11,251 nt of DNA from Octopus sinensis (GCF_006345805.1 NW_021827057.1:1-11251); one strand, 5' to 3'. Shown: positions 1 to 8,233, counted from the first letter of the stretch. Notes: a model not told the origin generated them from the sequence alone. Numbers and translations: made by a program.

Positions 1-183
1 ATGAATATATATATGTATATATATATATATATATATGAATATATATATGAATAATATATATTTATGAATATATATATATGTATATATAATATGAATATAT
101 ATATTTATATATACGTTTATATTATAAATATAATATATTCATATACACATACGCATATATATATATATATGTAGACAGAGTGG

Positions 184-266
<83 letters not shown>

Positions 267-268
267 AG

Positions 269-305
<37 letters not shown>

Positions 306-318
306 TGATTGATAGATG
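1..318. repeat. Compound microsatellite: degenerate (AT)n then (TAGA)n
   Basis: Read directly: interrupted AT repeats 1-231, TAGA/GATA repeats ~231-318. Confidence 0.95.
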
Positions 319-845
319 GAAAGATATCGAACTGCTTTACGTATCAATTTTTAAGTTACAGGAATTCCTATTAATGGCAAATTACATACATGTGTCTATT
401 TTTAAAAGTTTCAAATCCGCAATTTTTTTCGTTTATTAAATGGCTGCATTGTATTAACGCACATGAAATTGCTCTTAATAACACATATTTTACTGAAAGA
501 ATCCGCCTCCATAAAAGGTAATGTTATTCTAAGACATGCAACTCTCACATTCATCTCTTTGTATACCTAAATACTGTATAACGTATTTTAATTTTTCTAA
601 TTCAAACCTGTATAACACCTTTATATAGTTCCTATGCTTTTCAAATTTTACTCCATATTCCTTTTTCGCTTTATAATTATCTATAGCGCAGCGTACATTT
701 TATTGTAGATATTTTGAGGTATTTTGTTTGCAGTTTGATATCACGTGGTTGGTGCATTGCGCTGGTGTTTAAAATAGTCATATTAAAACCATTTTAAAAT
801 GTTGAGAGTTAGAAATTACATTGTACTTACATTTATACATAAATA

Positions 846-866
846 TGTGTGTGTGTGTGTGTGTGT
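846..866. repeat. (TG)n microsatellite
   Basis: Read directly. Confidence 0.95.
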
Positions 867-884
867 ATCAGTGTTTTTGTGTAA

Positions 885-1022
885 GTGCGTAGCGTAGTCT
901 TTGATGTGTAGAATTTGTGATCGTCAGATTGTGGTTTCGATTACTGGGCCGGGAAATGAGTAATGCTCTTCAGCACAACATTTCTTTTCCCGCTTTTCCA
1001 ATCCACCTAGCTGGCAAAAAAA
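885..1022 (+). mobile_element. Old degenerate tRNA-derived CORE-type SINE
   Basis: gcgtagcgtagt (A-box-like)...gtttcgattac (B-box-like)...gctcttcagcacaacatt...ccaatccacctagctggcaaaaa is colinear with the reverse complement of the better copies at 4022-4364 and 10760-10991. Confidence 0.6.
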
Positions 1023-1141
1023 CCCCCTGCAATTCTGAGCGAACGAGTGCCCCCTCCATGGATTGAATATAAACGCTACAGTAACCAGGATATCGAAGAG
1101 ACTTTGATATCTTTTCTTATTTATGTATCTGCCCATCTATC

Positions 1142-1145
<4 letters not shown>

Positions 1146-1182
<37 letters not shown>

Positions 1183-1190
1183 ATATATAT
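1146..1190. repeat. (TC)n plus short (TA)n microsatellite
   Basis: Read directly. Confidence 0.95.
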
Positions 1191-1348
1191 ATTTGAGTAG
1201 TTGAATGAATTATCTTATTAAGGATAATTCGAAAGATAACCGATACCCGGGTAGCAAATTCACATCAGAAAGAACACGGTTGAAGCTATGTCCCTAGGGC
1301 ATAGACTACGTGTCATCGTGCGGAAACTTGTATGTTTATTTTAAAATT

Positions 1349-1575
1349 ATAAGTATATGAAACAATGGAGTTGAACGACTAGTTAACAAATAGAGCGGTC
1401 AGCTAAAAGTTTTTTGTGCATTTTGATGTCGACGTAAGTTCCTTGATTTTCCTGATGAGAAATCTGCATAATGTACTCCTTATTCCTTCGGAATTAGGAA
1501 TATGCAGCCTTCGAAACATATGTCGGGAATAAAGGATATTTGTTAACTAGTCGTTCAAATCCATTCTTTCATATA

Positions 1576-1580
<5 letters not shown>
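1349..1580. mobile_element. ORF-less element with 44 bp inverted repeats enclosing a hammerhead ribozyme; probable Penelope-like terminal-repeat derivative
   Basis: Arms 1349-1392 and 1537-1580 are reverse complements at 42/44 nt; the 144 nt spacer contains the HHR; (TA)n follows immediately. The Penelope assignment is inference from known PLE pLTR/HHR architecture. Confidence 0.65.
1441..1536 (+). ncRNA. Type I hammerhead ribozyme motif
   Basis: Stem I CCTTGATTTTC (1441-1451)/GGGAATAAAGG (1525-1535), 10/11 pairs incl. 2 GU; core CTGATGA 1452-1458; stem II GAA..CTGCATA/TATGCAG..TTC with inner hairpin; GAAA 1513-1516; stem III AC-ATAT-GT (palindromic loop); predicted GUC cleavage after 1524. 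Confidence 0.8.

Positions 1581-1643
<63 letters not shown>
1578..1643. repeat. (AT)n microsatellite
   Basis: Read directly. Confidence 0.95.
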
Positions 1644-1645
<2 letters not shown>

Positions 1646-1897
1646 TTGCTATTACGCAAAGTTGTCGTTAGTCCCGAACGGAAACATAGTTTCGCCATTC
1701 CGTTTCCTTTTTACACTAGCAACTGTTTCAGCTTAGCAATAATACTCTGTTGGGTGCACAAAGTCGAAACTTCATACATATATGATATTTTCAGTCAGAA
1801 GTATTACCTTATGAGAGGGATTATCAAAAAGGTTATATTGGGCTTCGTATATTTGTGCTCCAGTGTCACTTTGATGGCATGGGCTGCTCTGACACTC

Positions 1898-1947
<50 letters not shown>

Positions 1948-1958
1948 TAATAATAATA

Positions 1959-1987
<29 letters not shown>
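1898..1987. repeat. Compound trinucleotide microsatellite (AAT)n-(GAT)n
   Basis: (AAT)~21 at 1898-1960 (one AAC), (GAT)9 at 1961-1987. Confidence 0.95.
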
Positions 1988-1989
<2 letters not shown>

Positions 1990-2176
1990 ATTTTATTGGT
2001 GACAAGGGACCAAGGTATTGAGAACAATATCAAAGGACATGTAACAACGCACAAAAACAAAAATAAAAATTAAAAATACAAAAACGTGGGTTCTCATCGA
2101 TCAAAGGGAGACGCTACTACATTAAAAAAATATAACAGAAGATATATAATAGAATTTAGAGATCAATAATTAATTA

Positions 2177-2233
2177 CCGTATTTGATGGCCCTATAAGAC
2201 GCACGCATGCGTCATATAGGCCATCAAATACGG
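2177..2233. mobile_element. TIR-only relic (MITE) of a Tc1/mariner/pogo-type DNA transposon
   Basis: TA|CCGTATTTGATGGCCCTATAAGACGCA-CGCA-TGCGTCATATAGGCCATCAAATACGG|TA: ~26 bp near-perfect TIRs with TA on both sides (2175-2176, 2234-2235). Superfamily call rests on the TA TSD and recalled TIR similarity. Confidence 0.6.
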
Positions 2234-2324
2234 TAATTATATATTTTTAATAATTATTTCTTAATTTCGTTTTTGGATTTGGTTTGCAAAATTCTTTATA
2301 TGAGTTCATGTGTTGAAGCATATT

Positions 2325-2589
2325 CTGTTGTGTCAGGGGAGAGTCATTTTCTTTTTGTGCCTTATAATGTAACACACTCACCGATAAAATTTCCACTTAT
2401 TCCTTATTTTTATTTTCCCTAAAATTTTCGTTGCGTCTTGCAACCTTTTCAATAGTCAAAACTACTGAAAACGTTGCAAGACGCAACGAAAATTTTAGAA
2501 AAATAATTAAGAAATAAGTGGAAATTTTACCGGTGTGTGTGTTAAATTATAAGGCACAAAAAGAAAATGACTCTCCCCAGACACACCAG
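2325..2589. mobile_element. ~265 bp near-perfect palindrome (~130 bp arms, 4 nt centre); probable inverted Penelope-like terminal repeat
   Basis: 2325-2456 vs 2461-2589 are about 90% reverse-complementary by eye; each arm has an HHR-like motif next to the centre. Confidence 0.7.
2419..2455 (-). ncRNA. Minimal hammerhead-like motif, U3-A8 core variant
   Basis: Minus strand CTA-TTGAAAA-G-GTTGC-AAGAC-GCAAC-GAAA-ATTT-TAG: 3 bp stem I, 5 bp stem II, palindromic AAAATTTT in place of stem III. The plus-strand mirror copy (2462-2498) reads CTGAAAA (C3/A8 mismatch). Confidence 0.45.
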
Positions 2590-3212
2590 CAGATTTCTTA
2601 ATTATTCATTTCTGTATTATTTCTTCATTCTATTTACTTACTTATCTATATTTATAATAATAAAATTGAGTGATTTATAAAGCGTGCGTGTGCATTTGTT
2701 CGCAATATTACCCTCCCAATTTATAATAACTGCTAGTATGTGTATTTAAAAAACATTTACTAATTTGTGATAGGTCTTTGTTTAATGTATTATGTTGTGT
2801 TTAACTTGTTTGTTCTATGTCTGCCTCTTCAAAGAATAGACACCCTATGTGATTTCTCATGTAATCAAAGATTTTAACAAACATTTTTGTATAATTGATT
2901 TCAGCCATTGCGAAATATCCGTCAACATCTCCAATACTAAACAGAAGATGATTAAAATCATTTCAAACCATCAACATTTTTCCTTGCAGAATTTCTAAAG
3001 ATAAAGCCCGAAGGCAGTATCTGTTTAAATATTAAATGTTTAATGATGTGTTTCTCTACCAAAAAAAAAATCATTTATTTTCGATTCTAATCCTCGAATA
3101 TCGTCCATATTCTGTTTTATATTTTATGATATTGCAGCTGTACGTGACAATAGCTTCGCTGATCTGTAAAAGAAAATCTCCGGGCTAACCGACTGATGGT
3201 TTCAGATTCACT

Positions 3213-3348
3213 GGCGTAGCGTAGTAGATAAAAATGTTTGGATCGCTATCGCTAGTTTGTGCTTTCGATTCTGCGATGGTCCCCACGTTGTGTTCTTGCG
3301 CAAGACACTTAAATTCATGCTGCATCTATCATTTCATTCAGCAATAAA
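3213..3348 (+). mobile_element. Old degenerate CORE-type SINE
   Basis: ggcgtagcgtagt head, tttcgattc B-box remnant, gttgtgttcttgcgcaagacactt almost identical to the CORE block of the 4022-4364 copy. Confidence 0.6.
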
Positions 3349-3404
3349 CCAGTTCCAACAATGCTTGAGGATTTAAGTCTTCGATGGACTAACGTTCCGT
3401 TCAG

Positions 3405-3597
3405 GATGGTGGTGGGGGTCTTTTATTCTCACACGCTTAAACGTCACGGGAACGGGACAAATCTCTGGCCAAGTGAACCTGTAAGCTCCAGAACAGACAG
3501 GGTTTTCCAAAATATTCACACGTATTTTTAACTTACCCAGGATGGCTACTACAGTCTCTGGTTGAAACAAATCAAGGCATACAAGCGAGTACATTAG
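3405..3597 (+). CDS. Candidate pair of small coding exons (3405-3480, 3541-3588/3597), product unknown
   Basis: Non-repeat, GC-richer island; CTAAC...ttccgttcag|exon|GTAAGC, 60 nt intron, acttacccag|exon; joined frame MVVGVFYSHTLKRHGNGTNLWPSEPDGYYSLWLKQIKAYKR(VH*). An equally plausible minus-strand splice model exists; no protein recognised. Confidence 0.25.
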
Positions 3598-3619
3598 TCA
3601 TTCAATATTTATTCATTAA

Positions 3620-3773
3620 ATCCGCCGAGGTCGATTTTACCTCGCGTCCTTTCGGAGGTCGATAAATTAAGTAGCAGTTTCGTACTGGGGTCGATCTAAT
3701 CCACTTGCCCCCCCCCCCACCACACTCCTCAAAAATTGCGAGCCTTGTGCCTAGGGTAGAAAAGAATAATTAT
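3620..3773 (+). mobile_element. 5'-truncated tRNA-derived SINE (cctttcggggtcgataaa central-domain family)
   Basis: tccgccgaggtcgat...cctttcggaggtcgataaattaagta...ctggggtcgat matches the intact copy at 10499-10728; own tail ending cctagggtagaaaagaat. Confidence 0.8.
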
Positions 3774-3782
3774 CCATTAACT

Positions 3783-4002
3783 GAAGACGCCGAGCTGCCA
3801 GAAACCTTAGCACGCCGGGCAAAAATCTTCGCGGCATTTCATCCTTCTTCAAGTTCTCAGTTCAAATCCCGCCGGGGCCGACTTTTACCTTTCATCCATT
3901 TCGGGGTCGATAAAATAAGTACTAGTTGATTTCACAAGGGTCGATGCAATCGTCTTAATTTCTCCCCCGAAATGACTGGCCTCGTTCCAAAATTTGAAAC
4001 CG
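3783..4002 (+). mobile_element. Full-length diverged SINE of the same family as 10499-10728
   Basis: gacgccgagctgccagaaaccttagcacgccgggc...gttcaaatcccgcc...ttcggggtcgataaa colinear with 10499-10660; different tail (ccaaaatttgaaacc). Confidence 0.85.
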
Positions 4003-4021
4003 ATATTTATTCATTAATCGT

Positions 4022-4364
4022 GAGGTGAGGTGACCCCCTTCGGTCAGACACTGACCATGGGTCTGCACCTAGAGAGCTACTCTCTGAGGCACAAGTCTGG
4101 GCAAGGTTGTTTTATGGAAGACCAGCAGTCACCCATGCATACCAGCCTCCCCTCTACACGTCACCGATGTTATCCAAGGGAAAGGCAAAGGGGCCGATAC
4201 AGCTTGACACCTGTGACGTCGCAACTCATTTCTACAGCTGAGTGAACTGGAGCAACGTGAAATAAAGTGTCTTGCTCAAGAACACAACACGCTGCCCGGT
4301 CCGGGATTCGAACTCACAACCTCACGATCGTAAGCTCGACGCTCTAACCACTGAGCCACGTGCC
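4022..4364 (-). mobile_element. Full-length tRNA-derived CORE-type SINE with 12 bp TSD
   Basis: Minus strand: TGGCTCAGTGG (A box), GAGTTCGAATCCC (B box), ttgtgttcttgagcaagacactt...cagctgtagaaatgagt (CORE-like). Direct repeat TTCATTAATCGT at 4010-4021 and 4365-4376. Confidence 0.9.
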
Positions 4365-4714
4365 TTCATTAATCGTATTTACTCATTAATCATATTGAAC
4401 GCCATCGCTTATAAGTTAATAATTTTGCTTCTGAAGTCTTCATGTTGACGATTACACTTCACCCAATTTAAAATAGCGTCTCTCATCTCCAATTTAACTC
4501 AACAGTCTGTATATAACAAAAAACATTTATATTTCATTGGCGCTGTTTGAAAAAGCCGTAGTTGGCAACACTGCAAATTAACAGTTACACAGTGAAAAAA
4601 AGAAATATTACATTCACGAACCTCATTAAATATTTACAAAGTGTCATTCACTTCAAAGTTTTGCTACAAAGTTATAACAAGTTAAATATAGACCCCCATA
4701 TATTAGTCTCCGTT

Positions 4715-5063
4715 CTTTTACTCGCTTCAATCATTAGACTGCAGCCATTCAGGTGCACCGGCTTGAAGAATATTTAATCGACACCAGAACTGCAAAGTAT
4801 ATAAGCCTGGCACTTATTCTATCAGTCTGTTTTGTCGAATAGCTAAGTTACGGGGACGTGAACACGCCAACACCTGTTGGCACATGCGCAGACAAAGGCA
4901 CACACACACCACACACACACACACATACGACGGTCTTCTGCCACTGTCAGTCTACTAACAAGGCATTATTCGGCACGAGATACTTGTCCAAGATGCGACG
5001 AAGAATAATTGAACCTGGGATCATGTTGTTGAGAAAGAAGCTGCTTACCACACAGCCATACCT
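4715..5063 (-). mobile_element. tRNA-derived SINE with internal (TG)n tract
   Basis: Minus strand head tggctgtgtggtaag...ggttcaatt, central (GT)n (plus 4900-4925), tail gtccccgtaacttagc...gtcgattaa...tgattgaagcgagtaaaag homologous to 9020-9272. Confidence 0.8.
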
Positions 5064-5069
5064 CATAAT

Positions 5070-5463
5070 CATGGCGCTACGTCGGTTACGACGACGTGGG
5101 TTCCAGTTGATCCGATCAACGGAACAGCCTGCTCGTGAAATTAACGTGCAAGTGGCTGAGCACTCCACAGACACGCGTACCCTTAACGTAGTGCACGGGG
5201 AGATTCAGAGTGACACGAAATGAGACAAGGCTGGCTCTTTGAGATACAGGTACAAGATGAACAAGAAGAAAGGGTGAGAGAAAGTTGTGGGGAAAGAGTA
5301 CAGCCGGGTTCGCGACTACCTCTCTCTCTACCGCAGCCTCGAGGGGCCTTAGCTGCTTTCGCTCAATAAATTACTCAGAACGCCCTGTCTGGGAATCGAA
5401 ACACGCGATCGAACGACTGCGAGTCCGCTGCCCTAACCACTGGGTCATTGCGCTTCCACGTAA
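5070..5463 (-). mobile_element. Full-length tRNA-derived SINE with gtcgtcgtaaccgacg tail and possible 8 bp TSD
   Basis: Minus strand head tgacccagtggttagggcagcgg...gtttcgattccc; 3' half homologous to 7631-7815 and 10760-10855; CTCATAAT at 5062-5069 and 5464-5471. Confidence 0.85.
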
Positions 5464-5466
5464 CTC

Positions 5467-5505
<39 letters not shown>

Positions 5506-5507
<2 letters not shown>

Positions 5508-5681
5508 CTAGCCACTACACATTCTTTATTTTCTCACCGTGTTTCTTTCTGTGTTCCTTTCTGAGGAAGAGCGTAGGCTCGAAACGTTAAGGACTTTTTA
5601 ACTTCCCGTGCGTTAAACTAATACATCTGTTTGTTGTCTACACCACCTATTCCTCGTCTTTTGTTTTTGTGAATTCTCCCC

Positions 5682-5685
<4 letters not shown>
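5506..5685 (+). mobile_element. ~180 bp ORF-less element between two (TA)n tracts carrying a minimal HHR; probable Penelope-like terminal fragment
   Basis: Bounded by (TA)n at 5470-5505 and 5686-5727; HHR motif at 5554-5594. Confidence 0.55.
5554..5594 (+). ncRNA. Minimal hammerhead ribozyme motif
   Basis: CTGAGGA (5561-5567)-A-GAGC-GTAG-GCTC-GAAA (5581-5584)-CGTT-AAGGAC; palindromic AACGTT replaces stem III; short imperfect stem I (TCCTTT/AAGGA). Confidence 0.6.
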
Positions 5686-5733
<48 letters not shown>

Positions 5734-5827
5734 ACATATAAGAGGGTTGACCACCAGGTGGACATCCAGTATGCTAAATGTAGACCCCATATGGTCTGAC
5801 CACTAAGAAAAATTTGTTATCAAATTT

Positions 5828-5850
5828 ATATATATATATATATATATATA
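5828..5850. repeat. (TA)n microsatellite
   Basis: Read directly. Confidence 0.95.
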
Positions 5851-6084
5851 TGCTTATTCAATCTTATGATATCAAGTTATATAATATATATGATATAGCA
5901 CATATATGTATGCATTCATGCACACTCTCTCGTACACGCATATATAACTTACATAAACACACAGACACACACACGCATATATTTACTAATCTTTTTAAAG
6001 AGTGGCAGACATTTTGAAGCTTCGCCAAGTAGTGCTTTTTCAACTGTTGTAAAGAAATAATCACGGTTTATTAACCATACACAC

Positions 6085-6175
6085 TTCTCTCTCTCTCTCT
6101 CCTTCTTCCCTCTCTCTCTCTCTCTCTCTCTTTTTCTCTCACACACAAACACAAACACACACACACACACACAAA
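6085..6175. repeat. (CT)n then (CA)n microsatellite
   Basis: Read directly. Confidence 0.9.
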
Positions 6176-6503
6176 CATACAAGCATACACGATATTCTTT
6201 TCTCTAGAGAGTAACTGTCATTTTGATCTCACGCCAAGTTCGCTTTTTCGAACTGTGGTAAAAAAAATGGTTGTTTGACATATAGAGACACGTTTCCAAT
6301 ACAATATTAATGATGGCAGAAGTTGATGTGAAAGACGGAATAGATTTGTCGATAATCACCAATAATGAAGACGCAACAGGACTGGCTAAAACCGGACTCT
6401 GATCAATATCTGGTTAATCGAAGTACATAAGCGGTATGCAGTGAAAGGCTGGCGGTAAATTTGTACATACCTTTGTGCTCGTACTGTATCACGTACATGT
6501 GCA

Positions 6504-6527
6504 TACATACATACATACATACATACA

Positions 6528-6561
<34 letters not shown>

Positions 6562-6790
6562 GAGATACATACATAGATCGATACACACACACACTATATA
6601 TATATATATATATATAGTGTGTGTGTGTGTGTGTGTGTAAGGGTAAGGTCCCATGTGTCAGACGTTTGTATATATATATACATCTATGTATGCATGCACG
6701 TATTTGTCTATGTCTGTGCATATATACATGTATATGTATATATATATATATATGTATATATGTATATGTATATATATGTATATATATATG

Positions 6791-6823
<33 letters not shown>

Positions 6824-7256
6824 GTATGTATACATATATATATATATGTATATATATGCATATATGTATGTATATATGTATATATGTATATATATATGTA
6901 TATATGTATGTATATTATATATATATGTATATATATGTATAATATATATGTATATATATATGTATATATATATGTATATATATATATGTATATATATATG
7001 TATATATATGCATATATGTATGTATATATGTATATATGTATATATATATGTATATATGTATGTATATATATATATGTATATATATGTTATATATATATAG
7101 TATATATATATGTATATATATATGTGTATATATATATATATATGTATATATATATGCATGTATATATATATGTATGTATATATATATGTATGTATATATA
7201 TATATATGTACGTATGTACATATATATATGTATGTATATATATGCATATATATATG

Positions 7257-7291
<35 letters not shown>

Positions 7292-7349
7292 CTATATACA
7301 CACACATATATACATATATACATATATATTTAAACACACACACACACAC
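6504..7349. repeat. Large compound microsatellite: (CATA)n, (TA)n, (GT)n, ~660 bp (TA)n/TATG mosaic, (AC)n
   Basis: Read directly; source of all the IY/YM-rich ORFs in 6386-7436. Confidence 0.95.
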
Positions 7350-7630
7350 CACTTATATATCTATATACATGCAGTCGTTATCTTGGGTGTTAATCTAACG
7401 AATTATGACAATGTGACATCAATATTCTACATATAGACTATATTAGTCTATAATTGTTATTATCATGAAGACACATTGCCAAAGATGTGAGTCATTAGAT
7501 AAGGTTGAGATATTTTAGTATAATTTAAAATGATATCAACAGAATTATATTTAGTTTCGAATATGAATTTAAATTTATATTAAATGTAATGTATAAATAC
7601 ATATATTACTTACATACGTATGTGTATCGT

Positions 7631-7880
7631 GGTATTTCGTCGGTTGCGACGACGAGGGTTCCAGTTGATCCGATCGACGGAAGAGCCTGCTCGTGAAATT
7701 AACGTGCAAGGGGCTGAGCTCTCCATAGACACGTCTACCTTTAATGTGGATCTCGGAGAGATTCAGCGTGACACATTGTATGACAAGGCTGCCCCTTTGA
7801 AACACAGGTACAACAGGTGTTTTCGCTCAATAAACACTCACAACGACCGGTCTGGAAATCGAAACCGCAATCAAACGACA
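7631..7880 (-). mobile_element. Internally deleted, 5'-truncated copy of the 5070-5463 SINE
   Basis: 7631-7815 aligns to 5079-5256; 7815-7880 aligns to 5351-5415; ~94 nt is missing at tacaac|aggtgttttc. Confidence 0.85.
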
Positions 7881-7981
7881 CATACAATAGGAAGACACAT
7901 ACAATAGGAATACAAAATACAAAATGGCTGACCGTTAGTAAGGAGAGACACACAAATAAGAAAGAAGAAAGCAAAGAACCA

Positions 7982-8015
7982 CTGATGATGTCACAGGAGT
8001 GTGACGAAAGAACTG
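7982..8015 (+). ncRNA. Hammerhead core with decayed stems I/III (probably inactive)
   Basis: CTGATGA (7982-7988)-T-GTCACA-GGAG-TGTGAC-GAAA (8006-8009) is exact; downstream AG-AA-CT-G puts G at position 17 and stem I has only 2 bp. Confidence 0.5.
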
Positions 8016-8196
8016 TGCCCGAAATAAGATTAAGATTAATGTAAAAAATACACAAAGCTGAAGCAAATTAACATCAAATATATAATGCGTGTGTTTTTAT
8101 TGGCTAAACTGGCAAAATGACCATTCCTAAATACAACAATATCTGTTTAACACACGATTTCACAAAAAAATCTTTCAAAACGAATATATAAACGTA

Positions 8197-8233
<37 letters not shown>

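Noticed and set aside
920-975. Minus-strand CTGAAGA...ATTACT/AGTAAT...CGAAAC hammerhead-like string
   Set aside because: Antisense of a decayed SINE B box and CORE block; stems I and III do not form.
1674-1706. Minus-strand GAAAC-TAT-GTT inside an AACGGA/TCCGTT hairpin
   Set aside because: CUGANGA core and stem II absent.
1646-2002. 118 aa ORF with poly-N/poly-D
   Set aside because: Non-ATG start; tail is the (AAT)n(GAT)n microsatellite.
362-3016. Isolated plus-strand micro-exon candidates (362-391, 500-517, 1795-1831, 2990-3016)
   Set aside because: AG/GT pairs are common in AT-rich DNA; they do not chain into one open, recognisable frame.
3781-3806. CTGAAGA...GAAAC
   Set aside because: No stem II; it is the flank plus SINE head.
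4290-4364. tRNA genes at SINE heads (also 5390-5460, 10925-10991)
   Set aside because: A/B boxes present but no complete cloverleaf; they run into SINE bodies.
4030-5470. ORFs 4030-4245, 4858-5223, 4947-5174, 5285-5470 (likewise 7575-7907, 10626-10808)
   Set aside because: Lie within non-coding SINE copies.
6200-6483. Minus-strand 13 nt exon, 61 nt intron and exon giving [16 protein letters not shown]...
   Set aside because: Good donor but weak acceptor and no recognisable peptide; unsupported without RNA data.
6386-7436. Long ORFs up to 257 aa in several frames
   Set aside because: Translations of TA/TG/CATA microsatellite (IYIY, YMYV); no stops because of repeat composition.
7432-7452. 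9 bp palindrome TATAGACTA-TAT-TAGTCTATA
   Set aside because: Short and AT-rich; expected by chance here.
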